A stretch of 64,000 nt of DNA. Origin: Chiloscyllium plagiosum. Lineage: Eukaryota. The notes under the pieces were generated by a model, which was given only the letters and a program-made list of their open reading frames with translations, was not told the origin of the DNA and did not search any database. The translations under genes and the position numbers were made by a program. Below are positions 40,470 through 53,917 of this stretch, one piece after another; positions within the stretch are counted from its first letter, which is position 1, and every line of letters starts with the position of its first letter. The stretch is from the NCBI RefSeq assembly GCF_004010195.1, contig NC_057719.1:27587458-27651457 (forward strand). The letters run 5' to 3'.

Positions 40470-42145
40470 CCTTTGCTATTCACCTACAGGCACAACAGGT
40501 TCATAGCAGATGCCAACTCCCTGGCCCTACACTCACCCCTGCAATGTCTGGATAACAAGCATAACTATGTCAGGCTCCTACTTATTAAATACAGCTCCGC
40601 CTCCAACATCATAATTCCAAATAGCATAATCTCTAAACTCCGGGACCTCGGTCTCGGATCCCTCCTCCATAACTGGATCCTTGCCTTCCTGACCCAAAGA
40701 CTGAATCAGTAAGAATAGGCAACACCCCCTCTACCATAATCCTCAAAACCAGTGCCCCTCAAGGCTGCGTACTCAGCTCCCTACTGTAGTCATTATACAT
40801 TTACGACTGTGTGGCCCAATTTCACCCAACTCCATTCACAAGATTGCTGATGACACCACTGTTGTAGGTGGGACCTCAAACAACAACGAGACAGAGTGCA
40901 GGTAAGAGCTTGAATACTCAGCAGCATGGTGTAAAGACAACAATCTTTCCATAAATGTCAGTAAAAGGAGTGATCTGGTCATTGACTTCAGGAAGCAGAG
41001 TGGAGGCCACGCCCATCTCTGTATCAATGGTGCTGAGATGGAGATGGTTGACAGTGACAAGTTCCTGGGAGCGATGATCACCAACTACCTGTTTTGGTCC
41101 ACCCACATCGACACGATGGTCAAGAAAACACAACAATGTCTCTACTTCCTCAGGAGGGTAAGGAACTTCAGTATGTCCACAAAGACTCTTACCACTTTTT
41201 ATAGCTATACCGTAGAAAACATCCTATCTGGATGCATCAGAGTAGTAGGGCAACTGCTCTGCGCAAGACCACAAGAAACTACAGAGAGTCGTGAACACAG
41301 ACCAGTCCTTCACAAAACCCAGCCTCCCATCCAATGACTCCATCTAACATTCCTGCTGCCTCGGGAAAACAAAATAACTAATCAAAAACCCTTCTCACCC
41401 CGTTGTATGCTCTTCCACCATCTTCCATTGGGTAGAAGATAAGACCATAAGACATAAGAGTGGAAGTAATGCCATTCAGCCCATCGAGTCCACTCCACCA
41501 TTCAGTCATGGCTGATGGGTATCTCAATGCCACTTACCCGCACTCTCCCCGTATCCTTTAATTCCATGCGAGATCAATCCCTGCCTTGAAGACATTTAAA
41601 CGTCCCAGCCTCCATTGTGCTCTGTGGCAATGAATTCCACAGGCCCACCACTCTCTGGCTGAAGATATGTCTCCTCATTTCCATTTTAAATTGACCCCCT
41701 CTAATTCTGAGGCTGTGCCTACGGGTCCTAGTATCCCCTGACAGAAACAAATTTCCAGCATCCACTGTTTCTAAGCCATGCACTATCTTGTAAGTTTCTA
41801 TTAGATCTCCCCTCAACCTTCTAAACTCTAATGAATACAATCGCAGGATTTTCAGCCATTCATTGTATATTAAACCTACCATTCCAGATTGAAAAGTTTC
41901 AAATCACATACAAACAGTTTCAAGAACAGCTTCTTCTCTGCTGCTATCAGACTTTTAAACAGACCTCTCAAATGTTAATTCTGATCTTTCTATCTCTCCC
42001 TGCACCTTCTCTGCGGCTGTAACACTATATTCTGAACACGGTTCTGCTACCCTGATGCACATTGTATAATACAATCTGCCTGTATAGCATGCACAACAAC
42101 ACTTTTCACTGCAGCTCACATGACAAAAATAAATCAAATCATAAT
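40470..42145 (+). mobile_element. Rex1/Babar-like LINE (RT to 3' end), interrupted by a CR1 fragment (about 41440-41888, minus strand)
   Basis: FTYRHNR..DA.SLALH...YVRLLLIKYSSA, gtgcccctcaaggctgcgtactcagc (APQGCVLS) and KKTQQCLYFLRR; tail aataaatcaaatc. Confidence 0.85.
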
Positions 42146-42610
42146 ATATATTTAACAAACCAATTACTTGAACATTTTTGTTTCTTCAATAACAATTACC
42201 GTTCTTTTTGGCTGAATGGTTACTGACTGCTCCTACACTTTACAGATCTTGTGTGTTCTTCCTGTCCCCTCCCCCAGTTTACAACTTCTTTCATTGCTGG
42301 CTTTCTTCAATTTCTTTAACGTAAGGTCCTTATGTGGAATCTCCTGCTTTTGTGGGGCAGGCCATCAAAACAGGCCAAATGCCCTCCTTCTCCATTACTA
42401 CAGTGCAGGTGGGAAAGTCTATCAGGCACTTAAATAGTCACTCAGTGGGCTTTCGACCAGGGTCCCTTCTTGGTAATATCCTACCCCTGTTCGAAGCTGT
42501 CAAACAATTAGAGGCCATTGAGCATTGCAGTGTCACATCAGAGGGACAAACTGCTGGTGGCACTGCCATACAGAAGTTGAGAAACAGCTGGTACTGGGGG
42601 TACATTTTGT

Positions 42611-42648
42611 GATTCCTGAAGAAGGGCCTGTGCCCGAAACGTCGAATC
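42611..42648 (+). ncRNA. Candidate minimal type I hammerhead ribozyme
   Basis: GATTC-CTGAAGA-A-GGGC(CTGT)GCCC-GAA-ACGT-C-GAATC: stem I GATTC/GAATC, conserved core, stem II, palindromic loopless stem III and a GUC cleavage triplet. Confidence 0.65.
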
Positions 42649-42740
42649 TCCTGTTCCCTGGATGCTGCCTGACCTGCTGTGCTGTTCCAGCAATAAAGTT
42701 TCAACTTTGATCTCCAGCATCTGCAGACCTCACTTTCTCC
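42614..42740 (+). mobile_element. 127-bp Penelope-type terminal unit with a minimal hammerhead ribozyme motif
   Basis: Homologous to 19470-19596. A perfect 13-bp TSD TACATTTTGTGAT is at 42601-42613 and 42741-42753. Confidence 0.85.
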
Positions 42741-42759
42741 TACATTTTGTGATGGCAGT

Positions 42760-43032
42760 GGTAGCTGTGTGGAGTATGCATGTTCTACCCATGTCTGCAT
42801 AGGCACTCTCCAGATGCTCCGCCGTTCCACAGTCCAAAGATGTGCAGATTGAGTGGATTGGCCATGCTAAATTTCCCACAGTGTCCGAGGGTGTGCAGAC
42901 TAGGTGGGGCAACAACAGCAAATGTAGGATTATGGATTTAGGCGGAGGGTCTGGGTGGGATGCTCTTTGGAGGAGGGTGTAAACTCAATGGACCAAATGG
43001 CCTCTTTCTGCACTGTAGGGTTTCTATGATTC
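42760..43032 (+). mobile_element. HE1-like V-SINE, 5' truncated
   Basis: tgtgtggagtatgcatgttc...cacagtccaaagatgtgcag...ggccatgctaaatt. Confidence 0.75.
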
Positions 43033-43349
43033 TTGCCCACTGGGAACAGAGGTAATCAAGGCAGTAACATGTACAGCCCCATAGACCAATCATTAATGGA
43101 CCACTTAACAGTATCAATTCATTGCCCAGAACGTAATTCCTGTGGGGCCTGGAAGGCAGCAAGAATCTGTCAGGCAGCCCACCTTTCCTGCACCTTCCTC
43201 ACTGCTTCTCAGGAAGGGAACATTCTTAGCATCAGGTGAGTTACTTATCTCCAAATTCTCAACCTTTGATCTGCTCTGATACTCACTGCATTTACATGCA
43301 GTAGTCCAGCTCATCCAGTTTAATGTCTGATCAATGGCAAGCCGTAGTA

Positions 43350-46000
43350 CGGTGATGAAGGATAGTTGACTGTCAAGGGGAAACAGATTTGCTCTTTTTA
43401 AAGATGGACTCTGCCCAAAATGCATTGTGTAAATGTTACTTGCAACAACAGCTTAAGCCCAAATGTTGCCAGGTTTTGCTGCTGAAGAACAGAGATTATA
43501 TCAATATCAGATTGGTTGCACATGGGACTCAACATTTCACAAACAAAAATGCCCTAGTTTCTGACTTTTTGACATGGGAAGTTCTTGATGAAGTAGCTGA
43601 AGTTGTTTGAGCTTAGGGAACTACACTGAGGAACTCCCACAACAATGTTCTGTAGTTGAAAAGATTGGTCTCCAACAACCATAACTATTTTCCTTACAGC
43701 AAAGTTCGACTCCAGCCAGTGGAGAGTTTTCCCTGATACCCATTGACCTCAATTTTGCTAAGGCTTCTTGACACACTTGGTCAAATGTTGCCTTTACATC
43801 GAGGGCAGTCACTCTCACCTCGCTTTGTGCTCAGTTTCTTTGTCCATACTTGGACTAAAGCTGTAATGAGTTTAGGAACGGAGTGGCTCTGGTACAACCT
43901 AAATTGAGCATCAACAAACACTACATTTGTAAGTAAATGCTGTTTGATAGCAATGTTAATGACACTTTCCATCTCTTTGCCAATGATAGAGCCTAGACTG
44001 ATGGGATATAAATTGGCCGAGTTAAATTTGGCCTGTTTTTTAGAGGATCCGGTGTATATGGCCTATTTTCCACATTGTCAGTTGGATACCAGTGTAGTTG
44101 CACTGGAACAGCTCAGCTATGGGGTACGCTGAGTGTATTTCTAAATGGTCTACCGTTAAATCGTTCATAATAGACTCTAACAATCTCCCAGTGACAGATG
44201 TCAAGCTAACTGGCCTATAGTTAACCAATTTTGTCTCCCTTTTTGAATAAGTGTGTTACATTGGTAGTTTTCCAATCTGCTGGGACTTTTTTCAAAATCT
44301 AAGGTTTCATGGAAAGTTGCTACCAGTGCATCCACTATCTCTGTAGCTCTCCCTTTAAAATCTGTGGATGCAACCATTAGGTCAAATAACCTATCAGTCT
44401 TTTGCCCTATTGATTTCCCTCGTACATTTTCTCTACTGATAGTTATGGCATTGATGTCCTACTGACACTCCCAGTTTGCCCCTTTATTTCATATTTTGGA
44501 ATGTTAATAGTTTCCCTTACTGTGAAAATATATGCATGTACTTTTCAACCTCTTTGCCATTACTGTTTCCCAACCACATTCTCTAAGGGGCCTATGTTCC
44601 ATTTAGCCTTTTTAAAAGTATATTTAAAGAAGGTGTTATTGCCTATTTTTCTATCATTTGCGAGTTTACGCTCAATTTATTTTTCGGTCATCTTCTATCT
44701 CTAATCTTGACCACATTATATGCTTTTTTTCTTTCAATTTGATACATTCCTTAACTGCTTTGGTTAACCATGGTTCATTTATCCCCTTTGTAGAATTCTT
44801 ATTTCTCACTGGGATATCTCTGCTGTGAGTCATGAACTGAGAGTCTCAGAATAAAGGGGCACCAACTTATGACTGAGATAAGGAGGAGTTTCTTCTCTCA
44901 GAAAGCTGAGAGTCTTTACAATACTTTGCCAGAGAGCGCTGTGAGGACAGAGTCCATTGTTAGGTCCTTCAGAAGAGTTACAGGAAAAATACAGGGAAGT
45001 GACCTTGAAGAACGTCAGGTCAGCCCTGATCCGATGACTGGCAGAACAGGCTTGAGGGAACAAATGGCCTACTCCTGTGCCTACTTCTCATGGTCTTAAC
45101 TATTGGGCACCAACATTCACAACTGGAGATGGCAGGACTGCAGAACTTTAATCTGATCTGTTGGTTGTTTAGCTCTGCTGTTTGGTATGCAGGAAGCACC
45201 ATTTTGTAGTTTCACCAGGTTGACAAATAATGTTTGAGGCATGTCCTGTTGTGCTCTTCATTGGACCAGAGGTGATCCCTGGTTTGATAGTAGCAATAGC
45301 TTAAGCGTACTGCTGTTGCTACCAGTGGCATACAGTTCCTCATTAATACCCAGTTTTGAGTTACAAGATCTGTTCAAAATTTATCCCACTACGCATGGTA
45401 GTACTGCCACATTACACCATGCAGGATATCCTCAATGTGATGATAGACTTTTTCAAGACTATCATCCACAAGTACATTCACTGGTAAAGCACCTGATCAA
45501 GTAGTGCTTTTACCCTCTTGATGGTTCTCTCCCACCACCTGTAGGCCCAGTCTGACAGATATGTCCTTCAGGACTTGGCTAGCTCATACTCCTGAGCCTT
45601 ATTTGGTGACAATCACTGAAGTCCCCAATGCAGAGCACATTCTGTGGTCTTTCCAGTCTCAAAGTGCTTCTTCAAAGTGATGTTGAAAATGAAGGAAACC
45701 TGGTTCATTAGCCGAGAGAGAGCAGAGGATGGTAAATAGCAGGAGGCTTTCTTACCTATATTTAACCTGTTACCATGACATTTCACAGAGTGCAGAATCA
45801 ATGTACAGGTGATTCTCCCACAAGTGATGCATCATGAGGCTCCACAGCTGCTGGTTTCGCTCTCCCAGTAGGAAGGCCATGCCTAGAGACTCTGGCAACT
45901 GGAACATTGTCTCTAAAGTGAAATGTCAGGCTATTGTTTGACCAGTATGGAGGTCAGTTCTCCTAATTGTTGCATAAACTTTGAAAGTAGGGCTTTTTTA
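43350..46000 (-). mobile_element. Old LINE (second family) with nested CR1 fragments at about 44130-44830 (minus) and 44840-45095 (plus)
   Basis: ORFs VTALDVKATFDQV...KLRSMGI (43621) and NYRPVSLTSVTGRLLESI (44040). Confidence 0.6.
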
Positions 46001-46304
46001 CCTTCCGAATGCAAGCGGGACAGGGCATGTGTTCTGTTATTTCCAGAACCCAAATTGATTGCAGTAGTTCATCTGTTTTCAGTTTTTGCCTTTGGTTTGA
46101 CTCAGTTTTTTGCTCAGACATTTCAGAAGACATTTAAGAGTCAAGCATGGTGCTGTAGTTCTGAAGCCACATGTAGGCCAGAGACAGGGTAAAGGTAGCA
46201 GATTTCCTTCCCTGAAGGACATTAATGAACAGATGGGTTTCTTCCAACAATTACTGATAATTTCATGGTTACCATCTTTGAGACCAGTTTTCAATTGCAC
46301 CACT

Positions 46305-49140
46305 TATAAGACCATAAGACATAGGAGCAGAAATTACGCCATTCAGCCCATTGAGTCTGCTTTGCCATTCAATCATGGCTGACGGATTTCTCAATTCCAT
46401 TCTCCCACTTTCTCCCTATAACCTTGATCCCCTTGATATTATGAACCTATCTATCTCAGTCTTAAATATACTCAATGACCTGACCTCCACAGCTTTCTGT
46501 GGCAATGAATTCCATAGATTCAGAGCTCTTTGGCTAAGGAGATTTCTCCTTATCTCCATTCTAAAAAGCCTTCCCTTTACTCTAAAGGCTTTGCCCTTGG
46601 GTCCTAGTCTCTCGTACCAATGGAAATATCTTCCCAACATCCACTCTGTTCAGGCCATTCAGAATTCGGAGTTCAGTATTTCAATTAGATCCATCCCTCA
46701 TCCTTCTAAACTCCATCAAATATAAACACCCAGAGTTCTCAAATACTCCTCATATGTTAAGCTTTTCATTCCATTCTCGTGAACCTCCTCTGAACACACT
46801 TCAGGGCCATTACATCCATCCTGCGATATGGGGCCCAAAACTGCACACAATACTCAAATGTGGTCTGACCAGAGCATTTTCAAGCCTCAGAAGTACATCC
46901 CTGCTTTTACATTCAAATCCTCTCAAAATAAATGCCAACATTGAATTTGCCTTCCTAACTACTTACTTCACCTCCAAGTTTACCTTGAGAGAATCCTGGA
47001 CTAGAACTCTCAAGTTTCTTTGCACTTCAGACTTCTCAATTTTCTCCCCATTTAGAAAATAGTCCATGCCTCAATTTCCCTACCACTGTGCATGACCTCA
47101 CACTTTCCCATGTTGTACTCCATCTGCCACTTCTTTGTCCACTCTCCAAACCTGTCCAAATTCTTCTACAGCCTCCCTGCCTCCTCAATGCTACCTGTCC
47201 CTCCACCTATCTTTGTATCATCTGCAAACTTAGCCAGAATGCTCTCGGTTCCTTCATCTAGATCGTTAATGTATAAGGTGAGAAGTTGAGGTCCCAACAT
47301 TAAGCCTTGCGCAACACCACTTGTCACTGGCTACCATCCTGAGTAGGACTCTTTTATCCCCACTCTCTGCTTTCTGCCAGACATCCAAGCTTCTACCCAT
47401 GCTAGCACTTTGCCTCTGATGCCATGGGCCCTAATCTTGCTCAGTAGCCTCTTGTATGGCACCTTTTCAAAGGCCTTCTTGTGAATCGGTAGATAACATC
47501 CATTGGCTCTCCTTGGTCTACCTCTTGTTACTTCCTCAAAGAATTCTTGGAGATTTGTCAGGCAAATCCCCTCAATGAAACCATGCTGACTTTGCCCTAT
47601 TTTACCATATACTTCCAAGTGTTCAGAAATCCCATCCTTCACAATGGATTCCAGGATCTTACCCATGACCAAGGTTAGGCTAAATGGTCTGTAACTTTCC
47701 ATCTTTTGCCTTACTCCCTTTTTAAACAGAGGTGTCACATTAGCAATTTTCCAGTCATCTTGCACCCTCCCTGATTCCTGAAAGATCACCACTAATGCCT
47801 CAGCTATCTCTTCAGCTATCTCCTTTAGAACTCTAGGGTGTAGTCCATCTGGTTCAGGTGATTTATCCACCTTCAGGCCAGTTTTTCTTGCACCTTATCC
47901 TTGGTGATGGCCATTATACTCAGCTCTGTCCCCTCACTCTCTTGAATTTTTGGGACATTGTGTTAGTCTTCACGGTGGAAGACACATGTAAAGTAATCAT
48001 TCAGTTCCTCAGCCATTTTCTTGTTCCTCACTACTATCTCTCCAGCGTCATTTTCCAATGGCCCAATGTCCACTTTTGCCTTTTATATTTCTGAAGAAAC
48101 TCTTAGTCTTCCTTTATAATACTGGCTAGCTTATTCTCCTCTTTAATCTTCTCCCTCCTTATTTCTTTTTTTGTTGCCCTCTGTTGGTCTTTGTAAGCTT
48201 CCCAATCCTCTGGTTTCCCACTACCCTTTGCTACATTAAATGCTTTTGCTTTTATGCTATCCCTGACTCCCCTAGTCAGCCATGGTTGCCTGATCCTCCC
48301 TGTACCATGTTTCTTTTTCCTCAGGATGAATCCAGAAACTCCTGCCATTGCTTTTCACTGTCTTTCCTGATAGGTTTCTCTCCCCGTCAATTCTATCCAG
48401 CTCCTCCCTCATGCCTCTGTGGTTGCCTTTATTCAGCTGTATTACCATTACCTCTGATTCGATCTTCTCCCTCTCAAATTACAGGGTAAATTCAATCATA
48501 TTATGATCATAGCCTTCGAAGGGTTCCTTTATCTTAAGCTCCCTTATCAAGTCTGCCTCAATGCACAACACTAAATCCAGTATTGCCTGTTCCCTCGTGG
48601 GCTCCATCACAAGCTGCTCCAAAAAGTCATCTTGTAGACATTCGACAAATTCCTTTTCTTGCAATCCACTACCAATCTGATTTTCCCAGTCTACCTGCAT
48701 ATTGAAATCCCACATGATCACTTTCCAAAACATCTTTTCCATCTCGTGAAGCATCTTGTTCCCCAGCTCCTGACCTAGGTTTGTACATAATTCCAACTAT
48801 GGATTTTTTACCTTTGAGGTTCCTCAATTCTACCCACAGATTCCACACCATCTGACCCCACTTTGTTTCTTACTATTGATTTAATTTCATTTCTTACTAA
48901 TAAGGGAACCCCACCCACTCTGCCCACCTGCCTATATTTTTGATATGATGTATACCCCAGTCCCGATCCCCTTGTAGCCTCCATGATGCCCACTACGTCA
49001 TACCTGCCAATTTTGCACCACAAGCTCATTTACTTTATTCCTTACACTGTGTGCATTCAGATATAATACCTTCAGTCCTCTTCGCATTGTCATTTGTTTG
49101 TCCAGTGTGCTTGAAATATGATTGCTAACCCTTTTTCTGT
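46305..49140 (-). mobile_element. CR1 LINE, most of ORF2 (endonuclease, RT) plus 3' UTR, decayed
   Basis: ORFs 47331-47870 (KSPEPDGLHPRVLKE, QHGFIEG), 48479-48796 (DFNMQVDW, AILDLVL, DHNMIEF) and 48808-49029. Confidence 0.9.
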
Positions 49141-50759
49141 ACACTCAAAAAATAGAATGAATTGAATTTAAATTCAATTTCTCACCAGAATGAGATCTGA
49201 ACTCACTACCAAGTAAGGTGTTCTCTTACTACTTCCATCCCATTATCTACAATATCTTCAGGCTGAGCTTGATCAATCTGGAACAAAGTTTCCACTATTA
49301 GTTAACAAAATGAAATGAAATATTAGGCTGACAGTCCAAATAAAATTCTTCAGTAACTAATAAAACCATCCAATGAGACTCCAAAGCAGTATCCAGTGGA
49401 TACAATGAGAGTGGAAGTAAATTACATAAGTAGTAATCTAATTAAGGACTTCAGTTGATGTTTAACAATGAAAACAAAGTTTAATTATTTATTAAATGAA
49501 AAAATAACGCAAGAGGCATTTTCATTTCAAGTTGTTCCCCAGTTTTTATTGGATAACACCAATCAAGATGTCAAACAAAATGTATCCATGTAGTCTATTC
49601 ATTTAACAATGAGTGGAAAATGCTCTTCCATGACCTTTCTTCTCTTTCAATCGGTTGATTTCCCCATATCGAGGGTCTCACTAATGTCTGTCATTATCTG
49701 TCAACCAGCTATTTTACTTATTATACAGCTTGTTATAGAGTTGGTATTACAAGTATATGTTGGCCCACTCATTGGCAGGGCAATGTGACTAGTTATTGTC
49801 CATGGACTTACTCTCAGTCATTAGTTGAGTTATAGACAGCCTCAGTCAAGCCGGGCTAACAGAAATCACAGGCTCCAGTGCTGTGCCTGACCCAGCCCTC
49901 CGCGTCCAGCCCTGATCACAAAGGCCCCATTCTTGAGAGGCCTGGGCCCTGGTTACTGGGCTCAGGCATATCCCTCTCATGTACCGAGCCCAGCTACCAA
50001 GCATTACACATTCACCAGTAACCGATTCACCAATGCTTAGTTTGGATTCCATCAGGGCCCTTGGTTCCTTTGCTCACTACAGCTGTTGTCCAGTCATGGA
50101 GAACAACACTGGATTACAGTGATAAAGTGAGATGCTATCAAGAGATTAGAGTAAAATTGACATCAATGAAAATCAAAGAGAAATGTCTGCACTGATTGGA
50201 ATCATACCTTGTCACAGGAATCATTTCAATCGCAGGGCATGACTGCAGGAGTTCCTCAGAGTAGTGTCTTCAATCCAATCATATTCAAATGCTTCATCAA
50301 TGACTACATCTATCGTAAAGTGACAAGGGGAATGTTCACTGATGGTCACATTGTTCTATACACAGTTCTTCAGATACTGAAGCTGTCCATCCCAAAGCAT
50401 GGACAACATTCAAGATTGGGACAATAAGGGGCAAGTAACATTAGTGTCACACTGTACTCAACGACTTTCACTAAAAATAATCTATCCACCTCCCCTTGAC
50501 ATTTATTAGGAATAATGTTAATGAATTCCTCTCAACAATATCCTCAAGGATGAATGTTGACAACAAACTGAACTGAATCAGCCAGATAAATACTATGGCT
50601 ACAAGAACAGGTGAGAGGCTCAATCCTTTACATGGCAATGCCCATCCATCACTACACAGGATAAATCTGATGTGATATGGAATACTTTCCACTTGCCTTG
50701 CTGAGTTTAAGAAACTCAACACGTTCCGCGATAAAACAGTTTGCATCCATCACTTCAAC

Positions 50760-51260
50760 ATTCAGAAAGATGTTGTGAAACTTGAAAGGATTCAGAAAAC
50801 ATTTACAGGGATGTTGCCAGCGTTGGAGGATTTGAGCTATAGGGAGAGGCTGGGGCTGTTTTCTCTGGAGCGTCGGAAGCTGAGGGGTGACCTTATGGAG
50901 GCTTACAAAATTATGAGGGGCATGGATAGGGTAAATAGACAAAGTCTTTTCCCTGGGATGGGGGAGTCCAGAACTAGAGGGCATAGGTTTAGGGTGAGAA
51001 GGGAAAGATACAAAAGAGACCTAAGAGGCAACTTTTTCACACAGAGAGTGGTACGTGCATGGAATGAGCTACCAGAGGGAGTGGTGGAGGCTGGTACAAT
51101 TGCAACATTTAAAAGGCATTTGGATGGGTATACAAATAGGAAGGGTTTGGAGCGATATAGGCCGGCTGCTGGCAGGTGGGACTAGATTGGGTTGGGATAT
51201 CTGGTGGGCATGGAAGGGTTGGACCGAAGGGTCTGTTCCCATGCTATACATCTCTATGAC
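50760..51260 (+). mobile_element. Young CR1 3' fragment inserted in an older LINE (about 50100-52300)
   Basis: ORF 50775-51185 is an intact CR1 C-terminus; the host shows TAGVPQSSVFNPIIFKCFIND at 50209. Confidence 0.85.
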
Positions 51261-51357
51261 TCCCTTCACCATAGGAGCACTGTCACAGAAATGCGCCAAG
51301 ACTTCTTTAGTAGCACCTCCTAGCGCTTCAGCCTCTACCAGGCAAAAGAACAAAGGT

Positions 51358-52236
51358 TGAAAAGTGTAGTGCTGGAAAAGCGCAGCAGGCCAGGCAGCAT
51401 CCAAGGAGCAGGAGAATCGATCTTTCGGGCATAAGCCCTTCTTCAGGAATAAGGCTGGTGTGCCAAGCGCGCTGAGATAAAAGGTGGTGGGGGGGGAATT
51501 TGGGGGAGGGGCGCTGGAAATACGGTAGGTGGAAGGAGGTGAGGGTGAGGGTGATAGGCCGGAGAAGGGGTAGGGGCGGAGAGGTCGGGAAGAAGATTGC
51601 AGGTCAAGANNNNNNNNNNNNNNNNNNNNNNNNNNNNNNNNNNNNNNNNNNNNNNNNNNNNNNNNNNNNNNNNNNNNNNNNNNNNNNNNNNNNNNNNNNN
51701 NNNNNNNNNNNNNNNNNNNNNNNNNNNNNNNNNNNNNNNNNNNNNNNNNNNNNNNNNNNNNNNNNNNNNNNNNNNNNNNNNNNNNNNNNNNNNNNNNNNN
51801 NNNNNNNNNNNNNNNNNNNNNNNNNNNNNNNNNNNNNNNNNNNNNNNNNNNNNNNNNNNNNNNNNNNNNNNNNNNNNNNNNNNNNNNNNNNNNNNNNNNN
51901 NNNNNNNNNNNNNNNNNNNNNNNNNNNNNNNNNNNNNNNNNNNNNNNNNNNNNNNNCTCTCTGGAATGCTGATAGGGGTGGGGAGGGAAATATATCCCTG
52001 GTGGTGGGGTCTGTTTGGAGGTGGCGGAAATAACGGAGGATGATACGATGTATCCGGAGGTTGGTGGGGTGGAAGGTGAGGACCAGTGGAATTCTGTCCT
52101 GGTGGCGATTGGAGGGGCGGGGTTCAAGGGCAGAGGTGCGGGAAGTGGAGGAGATGCAGTGGAGAGCATCGTCAACCATGTCGGAGGGGAAATTGTGGTC
52201 TTTGAAGAAGGAGGCCATTTGAGTTGTTCGGTAGTG
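51358..52236 (-). mobile_element. Penelope-like element fragment spanning an assembly gap
   Basis: MASFFKDHNFPSD...PLVLTFHP, same family as 18463-19596. A 10-bp TSD GAACAAAGGT is at 51348-51357 and 52237-52246. Confidence 0.88.
51610..51956. other. Assembly gap (N run)
   Basis: Run of n. Confidence 1.
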
Positions 52237-53530
52237 GAACAAAGGTAGCAAGCACTTGGGAACACTACTACCTACAAGTCACACACCATCCTGATCTTCC
52301 AAAAGACAATAAAGGATGTGCAACAAAATATTGGCTGGGCCAGCAATATCTACATGCCAAGAAGAAGTTAAACATGCTGAGACAGGCAAACTCCCATTTT
52401 TTGAATTCATTCTCAGGATAACGGGGACATTGGCTAAGCCAACACTTATTGCTCATCCCCAACTGCCTTGTCAGTACTGTTTTGTAAGGACGTTACTGTG
52501 TTCTAAGGTTGTCAATCGAAGACTTGTATACAAAAGAGGTATAAAAGCTGCAAAGGCGTACCTTGTTCACAGCTGCCTTGGTGCTGTTAGTCTCAGAACT
52601 CTCTGTTCCGAAATACATGAAATGTACATCAAAACCGCCTTTCATTTCTAGAAGATACAGGGAGCAAAATATCTTTTGTTTCTGCAAATAACAATGTACC
52701 ATTTTTGGATCCTGTGTGTAGCAGAGCATCTTTTGTGGACTTTCCACAAAGAATAATGCAATAGCTGATTGGGAAGCTGTCTGTTGCTTTGGTAACATGA
52801 AGCTCACCGAGGCTTAAATCAATATGATGCTGCTCATGCACTGTGTGGATTTTCAGACCTCTCTGGTTAAGGAAAGCTGATAAAGCAGAATCCCGATTAC
52901 AATTTTCCCCAAAAGATTTTGTTTTCTCATGTGTACAAAACAGGGACCGTATACTTCCCTTTTTTGGATGGGCTCATGTAAATGAGTTGACTTGCTCTGC
53001 TCAAAGTATTCACACTGTGAGTTTGTGATTGAATTGGCTGTTTTTCAATTCCAAGTAAACTTTCAATGCTTTGCTTTGACCACCAAACAAAATGATTAGC
53101 CCTCTTTGCCACTACATAATGGCCAATTATCAAGTATTGGTGCTTGTGAATGCATGATATTCGTCTCTGGGTTGATGTGATCAGCTGCAGCTATCAAATT
53201 GCATTAAGGTCAGTTGGGCAAACCAGCCCAGATGGTCTCCTCCTAAATACCCTCTTCAGGCTCTAAATGACAACAGTTTTATGGGGACAAAAATTGTGAA
53301 ATCACAGTCATGTTCCTCATTGCTTACAATACGTGCCTCAGTTGGATTGGGTATTTGGCTGCAAAGTCAAGATGTTGTGAAGCATGTGGTGTTCGGTAAT
53401 TGAAGATGAGTGAGCTGAGCTCAGTTTGATTCCCACAATATTCAGATTGCTTTGATCACACTTCCGTGCAAGTTTTCAGAACATTACAGTGACTTCCAGG
53501 CAGAGTTCTCCGCATCCTGGGTTCTTAAAA

Positions 53531-53917
53531 TAGAGTCATAGAAATATACAGACTCTTCACTCCAACCTGTCCATGCCGACCAGATATCCCAACCCAATCT
53601 AGTCCCACCTGCCAGCACCCGACCCACGTCCCTCCAAACCCTTCCTATTCATACACCCATCCAGATGCCTCTTAAATGTTGCAATTGTACCAGCCTCCAC
53701 CACTTCCTCTTGCAGCTCATTCCATACACGTACCACCCTCTGTGTGAAAAAGTTGCCTCTTAGGTCTCTTTTATATCTTTCCCCTCTCACCCTAAACCTA
53801 TGCCCTCTAGTTCTGGACTCCCCCACCCCAGGGAAAAGACTTTGTCTATTCATCCTATCCATGCCCTTCATGATTTTATAAACCTTTATAAGGTCACCCC
53901 TCAGCCTCCAACGCTCC
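53531..53917 (-). mobile_element. Young CR1 3' fragment
   Basis: ORF 53599-53871 is nearly identical to the ORF at 50775-51185. Confidence 0.88.

Noticed and set aside
51069..52265. 398-aa and other long ORFs
   Set aside because: Length inflated by the N gap; the flanks are Penelope and CR1 sequence
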